Assembly (NCBI GenBank): GCA_964638905.1
Contig: CAZXAF010000001.1
Span: forward strand, 1 to 30,049
Direction: 5' to 3'
DNA from: an uncultured Dehalococcoidia bacterium
GTDB taxonomy: Bacteria; Chloroflexota; Dehalococcoidia; SM23-28-2
DNA: 30,049 nucleotides
Shown piece by piece: positions 8,667 to 16,752 of the stretch (its first letter is position 1; every line of letters begins with the position of its first letter). A model generated the notes under the pieces. That model had not been told where the DNA came from. It made no database searches and saw only the letters and a program-made list of their open reading frames with translations. A program made the position numbers and the translations under genes.

Positions 8667-11009
8667 ATGACATCATCCCATCCTCGTGGAGCGCGGTCCT
8701 TCACCGCCCGTATCGCCATGTGGAGCGCCCGCCACCGGAAAGCTGTGGCGCTTGCCTGGGTGATCATCGTCGTCGCTGCTCTGGGCGCCTGCAGCACCAT
8801 CGAGCCCGACACCAGCGTTGAGGGAGAGGCGCCCGGCGAGTCCGGAGAGGCCCAAGCTCTCATCGAAGAGAGGTTCCCGGCAGATCAGGAGATGCCCCAG
8901 GAGTTCGTTGTCTTCTCCCACCCTTCCCTCAGCGTGGACGACCCCGAGTATCGCGAGACGGTCGAAGGGCTTCTGGGGGAGCTTAGCACGCTACGAGTGA
9001 GGAAAACGGAGGTCATCGGCGGTACCACAGTGGTCCGCAGCAGCCGGATCGTGGCCGGGACGCTCAGCCACTACGACATCGGTCTGCCGCGGCAAGCGTC
9101 GCCCTTCGTCGCCCAGAACGCGACGGGCGGCGACGTCACCTTCGCTATAGTCACGCTCGAAGGGAACCTCGACGAGGCGATAGCCAACATCGACCCGCTC
9201 CTGGCCACCGTCGATCGAGCCAAGGAGGAGGCCGAAGGGTTTGAGATCAACATCGGCGGCACGGCCTCCCTCACCAAGCAACTGACGGAGATCATCGACG
9301 AGGACTTCGGTAGCGCCAGCACCCTGAACCTGCCCATTACCCTCGCGATCCTTGTCCTCGCCTTCGGTACTCTGGTCGCCGCTGTCGTGCCGATAGTCCT
9401 TGCCTTTGTGGGCGTGTTCGTCGCCCTGGGAGCCCTGACCGTCATCAGCCTGGCCTATCCCCTGGCAGACGTCTATACGCAGGTCGTGCTGCTGATCGGG
9501 CTGGCCACCGGTATCGACTACTCCCTGTTCGTCATCACCCGCTACCGGAGCGAGCGCCGAGCCGGCCTCTCCAAAGAGGAGGCCCTGCGCGTGGCCACGG
9601 GCACCTCCGGCAAGGCGATCTTCTTCGCCGGCGCCACCACCGTATTCGCCGTGGCCGGCATGTTCCTGGTCGGCGACCCGATCTTCAGCAGCCTGGGTCT
9701 CGCCTCCATCGTTATCGTCGTCTTTGCCATAAGCATGGCCATGACCCTCCTGCCGGCGATCATCGCCATGCTCGGCGACAACATAGAGCGGCTGCGCGTA
9801 CCGCTGCTCGGTCGCCCTGCCGAAGAGACCGGGGGAGTGTGGGGGGTCATCTTCGACCGCGTGCTGGCCTGGCCTGTCATCCCCGCCGTAGTTACCGTGG
9901 CCGTTCTGATCGCCATCTCCGCTCCGGGCCTCAACTTCAACCTCGGCTTCAACGGGCCCAGGAGCTTCCCCGAGGACGCGGAAGGCACCAGGGCGCTCAT
10001 AGCTCTAGAAGAGAGCTTCACCCTGGGGCTGGTCTCGCCGGCGGTGGTAGTTGTGGACGCCGGAGAGAAGCAGAACGTCTTCGCTGCGGACATTCAGGAG
10101 TCCGTTTCGGAGCTGCTGAGCCTGGTCGGGGCAGATACCGTGTCGCCCGACAAACCCGAGGCCCTCTACGGGCCGGCGGCCCAAGCGCCCGAGTTCAGCG
10201 ACGCCGGCGACACGGAGCAACTGTTCATCCCCGTGAACGGCGACTCCGGCGAGGACCGGGCCATCGACGCCGTCAATAACCTGCGCGACAAGCTCGTTCC
10301 TGCCGCCTTTGAAGCCAGCCCCGCCGATGCCCTGGTCACCGGCGCTACCGCCGCCAACATAGACTTCCGGGACAAGATCGAGGCTCGAACCCCCATCGTC
10401 TTTGCCTTCGTTTTGGGGCTCGCCTTTATCACCCTCCTCCTCACCTTCAGGTCGCTCGTTATTGCCATCACAGCCATCGTCCTCAACCTCTTCTCCGTCT
10501 TCGCCGCCTACGGCCTCCTCGTGCTCGTCTTCCAGGAAGGCTGGCTGCTGGAGGGCGTACTCGATTTCAAAGCCACGGGCATTATCGAGTCCTGGCTGCC
10601 TCTCTTCCTGTTCTCTCTCCTGTTCGGCCTCTCCATTGACTACGAGATGTTCATCATGGGCCGGATCAAAGAGAGATACGAGCGAGGGGCCAGCACCACT
10701 GAGGCTATCGCCATGGGCGTCAAGAGCAGCGCGCGGGTGATCACCAACGCTGCGGCCATCATGGTCGCAGTCGCCGCCATCTTCACCTTCACGCGGAGCA
10801 TTGCCCTCAAGCAGTTCGGCTTTGGTCTGGCCACCGCCATCTTCATCGATGCCACGATCATCCGCACCTTCCTGTTGCCGACTACCATGAAGCTGCTCGG
10901 CGAGTGGAACTGGTACCTGCCGTCCTGGCTCGAGTGGCTGCCCACACTGCCGATGGCCGAAGAGAGCAGCCCGATGCCTGCGAAGGGCACAGCCAGCGAC
11001 GCCCCCTAG
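8667..11009 (+). CDS. MMPL family transporter
   Basis: Two membrane repeats with GLATGIDYSLFVITRYRSER and FGLSIDYEMFIMGRIKERY; ITNAAAIM; IDATIIRTFLLP...LLGEWNWYLP. Confidence 0.93.
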   Translation: MTSSHPRGARSFTARIAMWSARHRKAVALAWVIIVVAALGACSTIEPDTSVEGEAPGESGEAQALIEERFPADQEMPQEFVVFSHPSLSVDDPEYRETVEGLLGELSTLRVRKTEVIGGTTVVRSSRIVAGTLSHYDIGLPRQASPFVAQNATGGDVTFAIVTLEGNLDEAIANIDPLLATVDRAKEEAEGFEINIGGTASLTKQLTEIIDEDFGSASTLNLPITLAILVLAFGTLVAAVVPIVLAFVGVFVALGALTVISLAYPLADVYTQVVLLIGLATGIDYSLFVITRYRSERRAGLSKEEALRVATGTSGKAIFFAGATTVFAVAGMFLVGDPIFSSLGLASIVIVVFAISMAMTLLPAIIAMLGDNIERLRVPLLGRPAEETGGVWGVIFDRVLAWPVIPAVVTVAVLIAISAPGLNFNLGFNGPRSFPEDAEGTRALIALEESFTLGLVSPAVVVVDAGEKQNVFAADIQESVSELLSLVGADTVSPDKPEALYGPAAQAPEFSDAGDTEQLFIPVNGDSGEDRAIDAVNNLRDKLVPAAFEASPADALVTGATAANIDFRDKIEARTPIVFAFVLGLAFITLLLTFRSLVIAITAIVLNLFSVFAAYGLLVLVFQEGWLLEGVLDFKATGIIESWLPLFLFSLLFGLSIDYEMFIMGRIKERYERGASTTEAIAMGVKSSARVITNAAAIMVAVAAIFTFTRSIALKQFGFGLATAIFIDATIIRTFLLPTTMKLLGEWNWYLPSWLEWLPTLPMAEESSPMPAKGTASDAP

Positions 11010-11064
11010 CGTCGGTTCGCCCTAGCGATTGCGCGCCCAGAATAGCCCACACGAGTAAACGCCG

Positions 11065-11092
11065 TTGACATTCGCGTTATTGGTGTTAGAAT
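11065..11092 (+). promoter_or_regulatory. Sigma70-type promoter P1
   Basis: TTGACA (11065-70), 16-bp spacer, TAGAAT (11087-92) with a TGn extension; ~12 nt upstream of riboswitch 1. Confidence 0.8.
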
Positions 11093-11104
11093 AAGATATA
11101 GATG

Positions 11105-11224
11105 TGATCGCCAAATCCCCCTCGGGGGAGCGGGTGAACGAAGCAGGCGGTGAGTCTCGCCTCGGCGAGTAGGGCAAGCCTTTCAGCCCGAACCGGCAGC
11201 TAAGCCCGTAGGCGTTAGAAAGGC
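11105..11224 (+). ncRNA. c-di-AMP riboswitch (ydaO/yuaA family), divergent copy
   Basis: Order of elements matches the ydaO motif: ATCGCCAAATC, stem TCCCCC/GGGGGA, GAGCGGG-GAAC, GGTGAGTC, stem CTCGCC/GGCGAG, GTAGGGCAA, CCTTTC, GCCCGAACC-GCAGCTAA-CCCGTAGGC, then GAAAGG pairing with CCTTTC. Several core positions deviate. Confidence 0.78.
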
Positions 11225-11256
11225 CTCACACTCCAAAGGGAGCGGGGTCTTTTTTG
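11221..11256 (+). terminator. Riboswitch-linked intrinsic terminator
   Basis: Imperfect stem AGGCCTC-ACA-CTCC / GGAG-C-GGGGTCT followed by a T run; its 5' arm overlaps the aptamer's 3' end. Confidence 0.6.
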
Positions 11257-11285
11257 ATCCCCCTTTCGAACGCTGAGGTGCTCTA

Positions 11286-12611
11286 ATGGTACAGGTTGCT
11301 TCACACGTCGACCGCCAGGAAAGCTCACGAACGGACTCCACCACCCTGCCCCCTTCACCCGAAGTGCGCGCCGATGACGTCCTGGTCGGCGGCTCCAACT
11401 CTGCTTTCCCCCTTCCGGTAAAGCTTTGCCTGGAGAGAGGCGCCGGAAGCCGCGTTTGGGACACGAACGGCCGAGAGTACATGGACTTCCTCCTTGCCTC
11501 CGGCCCTATGATCCTGGGCCATGCCCACCCTCGGGTCTGCGAGGCCGTTGCCCGCCAACTGTCCAACGGTACCGCCTTCCACACGCTGAACCGTCCGGCC
11601 CTGGAGCTTGCAGGTCGCCTGGTGGACATCCCCGGCTGCGTGGAGACGGTCCGGTTCGCTTCTACCGGCACAGAGGCGGTGATGCACGCAGTGCGACTGG
11701 CGCGCGCCTACACTGGCCGCGACAAGGTGCTCATCTTCGCCGGCTCATACCACGGCAGCCACGACCTGTCGATCATCGGCTACCGCGGGGCAATAAGGGC
11801 CGAAAGCGGTGGGGTGCCCCGCAGCGCCGTGGGGGACGCGGTCATCGCCAGGTTCAATGATATCGACAGCGTGGAGGCCAGCTTCGCCGCCCACGGCAGC
11901 TCCCTGGCGGCCGTCCTCATCGAGCCCCAGCAACGTTCCCTCGACCCGCTACCGGAGTTCCTGCCGCGCCTGGCTCAGCTATGCCGCTCCGCCGGTGTCC
12001 TACTGATATTCGATGAAGTCCTGACCGGCTTCCGCCTGGCATTCGGCGGCGCCCAGGAATACTACGGCGTAGAGCCCGACCTGGTGTGTTACGGCAAGAT
12101 CCTGGGAGGCGGCTTCCCCCTGTCGGCGGTTGGCGGCCGTCGCCAGATCATGCGCCTGGCCGATCCTGCGCTGCAACCCGCCCCCAACTTCGTTCACATC
12201 AGCGGCACGCTGAGCGGCAACCCGGTCTCGGCGGTAGCCGGGCTGGCAACCCTCGCCGAGCTGGAGAAACCAGGCGTGTACGCCCACCTGCACGGGTTGG
12301 GAGAGCGACTTCGCGGCGGCCTGGCGTGGCAACTGAATACCCACGGCATCGAAGGCTCTGTAATAGGCAGCGGCCCGATCGCCGCCGTCAGGTTCTCGGA
12401 CTCCGATCAGCCGGGATCCGGTCTGGCCCTCAGAGAGGCCGTGAACCGGGAGCTGATCCTCGGGGGCGTGCTTGCCCAGTTGCAGACCAGGTTCTACATC
12501 TCGCTCGTTCACACGGAGGCAGAGATCGACTTTGCGGTCGACGCCTTCGGCGGCGCGCTCCGAGCGGCGATTGAGCGCACATCCTCCGCCGAAGGTATCC
12601 CGGCGGTGTGA
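11286..12611 (+). CDS. Class III PLP aminotransferase, glutamate-1-semialdehyde aminomutase (HemL)-like paralog
   Basis: GSRVWDTNGREYMDF, ILGHAHP, VRFASTGTEA, YHGSHD, LIFDEVLTGFR, PLP lysine in YGKILGGGFPL, SGTLSGNP. GAGGTG RBS upstream. Confidence 0.9.
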   Translation: MVQVASHVDRQESSRTDSTTLPPSPEVRADDVLVGGSNSAFPLPVKLCLERGAGSRVWDTNGREYMDFLLASGPMILGHAHPRVCEAVARQLSNGTAFHTLNRPALELAGRLVDIPGCVETVRFASTGTEAVMHAVRLARAYTGRDKVLIFAGSYHGSHDLSIIGYRGAIRAESGGVPRSAVGDAVIARFNDIDSVEASFAAHGSSLAAVLIEPQQRSLDPLPEFLPRLAQLCRSAGVLLIFDEVLTGFRLAFGGAQEYYGVEPDLVCYGKILGGGFPLSAVGGRRQIMRLADPALQPAPNFVHISGTLSGNPVSAVAGLATLAELEKPGVYAHLHGLGERLRGGLAWQLNTHGIEGSVIGSGPIAAVRFSDSDQPGSGLALREAVNRELILGGVLAQLQTRFYISLVHTEAEIDFAVDAFGGALRAAIERTSSAEGIPAV

Positions 12612-12669
12612 GCGAGGGGCGGCACCGGCAAACAAGAAGTGTACAGGACATAAAGAACCGTACACAGAC

Positions 12670-12698
12670 TTGTCAAACGCCATTCGACACGTTATAAT
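12670..12698 (+). promoter_or_regulatory. Sigma70-type promoter P2
   Basis: TTGTCA (12670-75), 17-bp spacer, TATAAT (12693-98); ~12 nt upstream of riboswitch 2. Confidence 0.85.
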
Positions 12699-12709
12699 AC
12701 AAGAAAGAG

Positions 12710-12843
12710 AATACGGCCGAACTCCGGCGCACGTCGCCGGGGACGGGGGAACCAACCCACTGGGGTGAATCTCCGAATCGTTCGGAGTAGGCAATCTCCC
12801 TTGACCGAACCCGTCAGCTAACCCCGTAGGCACCAGGGAGAGG
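12710..12843 (+). ncRNA. c-di-AMP riboswitch (ydaO/yuaA family), canonical copy
   Basis: GGCCGAAC, stem CTCCGGCG/CGCCGGGG, GACGGGGGAACC, TGGGGTGAATC, stem CTCCGAA/TTCGGAG, GTAGG, CCGAACCCGTCAGCTAACCCCGTAGGC. GACGGG (12742-47) pairs with CCCGTC (12810-15), and TCTCCCT (12795-801) with AGGGAGA (12835-41). Confidence 0.95.
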
Positions 12844-12857
12844 GTAGCCAGTGCATG

Positions 12858-12890
12858 AAAGACCCGAGGCTACGCCTCGGGTCTTTTTCT
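12858..12890 (+). terminator. Intrinsic terminator in the kamA-like leader (riboswitch expression platform)
   Basis: Perfect stem AAAGACCCGAGGC-TAC-GCCTCGGGTCTTT followed by TTCT, between the aptamer and the RBS. Confidence 0.88.
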
Positions 12891-12937
12891 ATCTGCGCGC
12901 GAATGGCTGAGCTCTCACTCCCAACGGCGAAGGAGGT

Positions 12938-14434
12938 ATGATGATGGCGAGGCAGTGGCAGCACGCTGCCGCGAGAGCCGCCAGCGAGTTCAGAGGCCGC
13001 ACGCATTTGGGGCCGATGGAAGTGAGGTTTCCCGCGCTGCCGCCAACGGGCCGCGAGGCCGTTGGAGCAGAGCGTGCGGGGTCTCCTCGGACTTTTTCGG
13101 CAGGCTCTCAAGGCGGCCCGAAGTACCGCGCCTACAGAGTCCACAATTTCCGCGATCTCTCACAGCTTCAGTTGCTATCTTCTGAGGAGCAATTCGCCAT
13201 CGAGGTCGTCGCCCAGGTTCTGCCTTTCAAGACCAACAGCTACGTCGTCGAGGAGCTCATCAACTGGGATGACGTCCCCCAGGACCCGATGTTCGTGCTG
13301 AACTTCCCGCAGCGCGAGATGCTCCTCCCCCACCATTTCAAGGAGATGGCAGCCCTTCTGCGCAGAGGTGCGGACAAGGAAGAGATCGAGCGGGCGGCCA
13401 ACCGAATCCGCCTTCAGCTCAACCCCCATCCGGCCGGGCAGTGGGACCACAACGTCCCCACCCTCGGCGATACCAGGCTGACCGGCATGCAACACAAGTA
13501 CGCGGAGACGGTGCTCTTCTTCCCCAGCGACGGCCAGACGTGTCACGCCTATTGCACGTTCTGCTTCCGCTGGCCCCAGTTCGTTGGGATAGACGAACTG
13601 AAGTTCGCTATGCGGGAGACAGAGCTGCTGGTCGAGTACGTGCGCGTCCACCCGGAGGTGACCGACGTGCTGTTTACCGGCGGCGACCCCATGACCATGT
13701 GCATGCGCAAACTGGTGTCGTACATCGACCCCCTTCTGGAGGCACGCCTCCCCAACCTGCGCACGATACGCATTGGCACCAAGGCCCTCAGCTATTGGCC
13801 GTATCGCTTCCTCACCAACGATGACGCCGACGACCTGCTCGACCTGTTTAGGCGAGTCACCAGCGCCGGCATCCACCTGTCGATCATGGCCCACTTCAAC
13901 CACCCCCGTGAGCTGAGCACCGACGCCGTCAAAGAGGCGATCGCCCGCATCAGGGAGACCGGCGCGGAGATCAGGACGCAGTCGCCGCTGCTGCGGAACA
14001 TCAACGACCGCCCCGAGATCTGGAGCGAGATGTGGCAGCAGCAGGTGGAGCTCGGCTGCATCCCCTACTACATGTTCGTCGCCCGTGACACCGGAGCGCA
14101 GCACTACTTCAGCGTACCGCTGGTGCGAGCCTGGGAGATCTTCCAGGACGCCTACCAGCGCGTAAGCGGCCTCGCCCGCACCGTCCGGGGGCCGATCATG
14201 TCCGCCGACCCCGGCAAAGTGGAGATAGTCGGCGTGACGAAGGCCGGCGGCAAGAAGGTCATTGCCCTGCGAATGCTCCAGGGCCGCAACCCGGACTGGG
14301 CAATGCGCCCCTTCTTCGCAAAGTACGACCCGAAGGCCACCTGGCTAAGCGACCTCCGACCGGCCTTCGGCGAGAAGCGCTTCTTCTTCGAAGAGGAGCT
14401 GGAGCGGCGATACCACGGCCGCAAGGCCCGCTGA
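12938..14434 (+). CDS. kamA: KamA-family radical SAM protein (lysine 2,3-aminomutase-like; substrate uncertain)
   Basis: CxxxCxxC as CHAYCTFC; HKYAETVLFF; DVLFTGGDP; IRIGTK; AHFNHPREL; QSPLLRNIND; PYYMFVARDTG; probable PLP lysine in MSADPGKV. AAGGAGGT RBS precedes ATGATGATG, so the exact start is 12938, 12941 or 12944. Confidence 0.9.
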   Translation: MMMARQWQHAAARAASEFRGRTHLGPMEVRFPALPPTGREAVGAERAGSPRTFSAGSQGGPKYRAYRVHNFRDLSQLQLLSSEEQFAIEVVAQVLPFKTNSYVVEELINWDDVPQDPMFVLNFPQREMLLPHHFKEMAALLRRGADKEEIERAANRIRLQLNPHPAGQWDHNVPTLGDTRLTGMQHKYAETVLFFPSDGQTCHAYCTFCFRWPQFVGIDELKFAMRETELLVEYVRVHPEVTDVLFTGGDPMTMCMRKLVSYIDPLLEARLPNLRTIRIGTKALSYWPYRFLTNDDADDLLDLFRRVTSAGIHLSIMAHFNHPRELSTDAVKEAIARIRETGAEIRTQSPLLRNINDRPEIWSEMWQQQVELGCIPYYMFVARDTGAQHYFSVPLVRAWEIFQDAYQRVSGLARTVRGPIMSADPGKVEIVGVTKAGGKKVIALRMLQGRNPDWAMRPFFAKYDPKATWLSDLRPAFGEKRFFFEEELERRYHGRKAR

Positions 14435-14747
14435 CACGCTCGATATGCTGAAGGCTGCCGGGCGGCTGGCGTCTCACCGAGGACACTGGCCGCCCGCACT
14501 CATTTGGGTGAACCCAGGTCTCTCCACCACCCACTTATCCCCCCAAAGCTACCAGATACGGATAAGGCACTAGCCCCTCGCAGAAGTCACTCAGACGCTG
14601 AATCCCTGTGGATTTTTCCCCTCTCGTGTCAATCGGCTGTAACAGATAGCCCGCCCAATAGTCTTAACTTTGGGGCATAGTTATGTTAATCGGGCGCGTC
14701 GAGCGGAGTGCTCGCACCCTCGATATTGGATTACTTACGAAAGGCGA

Positions 14748-16601
14748 ATGTCGATGAAGCTGGCAAGGCTTCTTCCGCTTTCTCTAACGTTCCTACTCGT
14801 CTCCTGCTTCTCGGCGCAGGCTAATAATGCTACGTCTGGGATGACTTATGGAGCCCCGGATGAGCCCCTGCGGCCGCAGGCACAGGAAGCTCTCGGCGTG
14901 AGGCAAGAGACAGCGCCAGTCACCACTGGCCAGTTCGTCCCGGGAGAAGTGATCGTCAAGTTCAAGCCGGGCATGTCCGGGGCATTTAGAGCAGCTACCG
15001 TAGCTACCGAAGGAGCGTCTGTACTGGGCGACCTCCTCATGCCAGGCTATACCCTCGTTCGCGTGCCGACAGGCCAGGAGGGGGAGATCCTCGCCCGGCT
15101 GCAAGCGAACCCCTGGGTGGAACTGACGGAGCGAAACGTGGTCAGGCAGGTGACCTTTACACCGAATGACCCCTACTACTCTTACCAGTGGGACATGCCC
15201 CAGATCCAGATGCAACAGGCCTGGGACGTCGCCAACGGGTCGGGGGTGGTGGTGGCGATAATCGACACCGGCGTGGCCTACGAGAACTACGGTAGCTTCG
15301 CCCGCGCTCCCGACCTGGCCGGCACGTCGTTCACAGCCGGCTATGACTTCGTGAACAGCGACAGCCACCCCAACGATGACAACGGGCATGGCACCCACGT
15401 GGCCGGGACCATTGCTCAGACCACCAACAACAGCCTGGGTGTGACTGGCGTAGCCCATGGCGCCACCATCATGCCCATAAAGGTCTGCAATAATCTGGGC
15501 TCCTGCCCGATTTCCGCCATAGTCAACGGCCTCACCTGGGCCACGGACCATGGGGCCGATGTCATCAACCTCAGCCTGGGAGGCCCCTACTCGCCGTCGG
15601 AGGAGTCAGCGATCAACTATGCATTGAACCACGGCGTGGTGGTGGTTGCCTCGGCCGGCAACGACGGCACTTCAACCCTGAATTGCCCGGCCTGCCACCC
15701 CGGCGTCATCGCCGTGGCGGCCACTGACTACAACCGAAACCTTTCGTATTACTCAACTTACGGATGCGGCAGAGGAGGCCACTGTCTGGACGTGGTCGCC
15801 CCCGGCGGAGACACCTCGGCGGATGAGAATAACGACGGCTACGCTGACGGCGTACTTCAGCAGACGTTCGAAGACACCTGCGATGGCATCGAGCCCCCCG
15901 TTGACCTCGCGAGCTTTGTCTACTGCTTCTTCCAGGGCACCTCTATGGCCTCCCCCCACGTGGCCGGCGCTGCAGCCCTCCTCCTCGACGCCAACCCCAC
16001 CCTCACGCGCCAGCAGGTAGGGGACTGCCTGAGAAACACCGCCCTGGATCGGGGAGCGCCAGGCTATGACACCACCTATGGTTATGGCCTCATCCAGGTC
16101 AGGAATGCCCTGAACTCCTGCGGCCAGTCGACACCGACGCCTACGCCGACGCCGACGCCCACACCGACACCCACGCCTACACCCACGCCGACACCCACGC
16201 CGACGCCCACGCCGACACCCACGCCGACACCCACGCCGACGCCTACGCCCACACCCACGCCGACGCCTACACCGACGCCTACACCGACACCCACGCCTAC
16301 ACCGACACCGAGTTGCAACCCTGACGTCGACACCGACGGCGATGCCTATGATGACGACATCGAGTGCTACATCGGCACCGACTCTCTTGACGACTGCCCC
16401 GACGATCCCAGCGACGACGCCTGGCCGCCGGACGTAAACATCGACACCTCAGTCAACATCATCGACATTCTCCTCTACAAGGGGAGGCTACCGCCCAACC
16501 CCTATGACTGCCGCTACGACCTCAATGCCGATGGCAAAGTGAACATCCTTGACGTGCTCCAGTACAAGTGGTTCATCGGGATGTCCTGCACGAACCCATA
16601 G
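14748..16601 (+). CDS. Secreted S8 (subtilisin-like) serine peptidase with (TP)30 linker and C-terminal dockerin/EF-hand-like domain
   Basis: ATG at 14748 follows GAAAGG; signal peptide; propeptide GEVIVKFK; catalytic triad IIDTGV / GHGTHVAG / [11 protein letters not shown]; oxyanion-hole AGN; C-terminal paired D-x-N-x-D loops. Confidence 0.9.
   Translation: MSMKLARLLPLSLTFLLVSCFSAQANNATSGMTYGAPDEPLRPQAQEALGVRQETAPVTTGQFVPGEVIVKFKPGMSGAFRAATVATEGASVLGDLLMPGYTLVRVPTGQEGEILARLQANPWVELTERNVVRQVTFTPNDPYYSYQWDMPQIQMQQAWDVANGSGVVVAIIDTGVAYENYGSFARAPDLAGTSFTAGYDFVNSDSHPNDDNGHGTHVAGTIAQTTNNSLGVTGVAHGATIMPIKVCNNLGSCPISAIVNGLTWATDHGADVINLSLGGPYSPSEESAINYALNHGVVVVASAGNDGTSTLNCPACHPGVIAVAATDYNRNLSYYSTYGCGRGGHCLDVVAPGGDTSADENNDGYADGVLQQTFEDTCDGIEPPVDLASFVYCFFQGTSMASPHVAGAAALLLDANPTLTRQQVGDCLRNTALDRGAPGYDTTYGYGLIQVRNALNSCGQSTPTPTPTPTPTPTPTPTPTPTPTPTPTPTPTPTPTPTPTPTPTPTPTPTPTPTPTPTPTPSCNPDVDTDGDAYDDDIECYIGTDSLDDCPDDPSDDAWPPDVNIDTSVNIIDILLYKGRLPPNPYDCRYDLNADGKVNILDVLQYKWFIGMSCTNP
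16131..16310 (+). repeat. Hexanucleotide tandem repeat encoding (Thr-Pro)30
   Basis: 180 nt of ACNCCN units in frame with the peptidase; third codon positions vary. Confidence 0.97.
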
Positions 16602-16625
16602 GGAAGCCCCGGCCAACGCTCGCGC

Positions 16626-16654
16626 GAGGGTGCCCCGACGGGCACCCTCCGTTT
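16626..16654 (+). terminator. Intrinsic terminator after S8 peptidase
   Basis: GAGGGTGCCC-CGAC-GGGCACCCTC followed by CGTTT. Confidence 0.7.
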
Positions 16655-16676
16655 GCTGCCCCTTTGTGTCCCTGCC

Positions 16677-16704
16677 TTGACAACCACGCCTGAACGGCTA
16701 TGGT
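16677..16704 (+). promoter_or_regulatory. Putative sigma70 promoter for the CAP-GH5 gene
   Basis: TTGACA, 16 bp, TATGGT; GGAAGGAG RBS at 16741-48. Confidence 0.55.
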
Positions 16705-16752
16705 AGTACAGGTAGCCGGTCTTGCTCTCCAAGCACAGCTGGAAGGAGTCCG

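Noticed and set aside
13030-13055. LPPTG inside the N-terminal extension of the KamA-like protein
   Set aside because: N-terminal, in a cytoplasmic Fe-S enzyme, with no following TM helix or basic tail; coincidence.
13175-14104. Long antisense or alternate-frame ORFs (also 12000-12833, 5090-5947, 23492-24397, 14793-15551, 2984-3688)
   Set aside because: They overlap well-supported genes, have no recognisable motifs or RBS, and are expected in high-GC DNA.
14460-14495. GGGCGGC...GCCGCCC hairpin after the kamA-like gene
   Set aside because: Large irregular loop and no U-tract; cannot be supported as a terminator or ncRNA.
14670-14747. ORF-track N-terminal extensions (S8 at 14670; also 840, 3526, 21259, 28587)
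   Set aside because: Downstream ATGs have proper RBS and/or signal peptides; the extensions translate promoter or RBS sequence.
16082-16333. Poly-(Gly-Val) ORF on the minus strand
   Set aside because: It is the antisense reading of the (Thr-Pro)30 linker; the same applies to 17247-17438.
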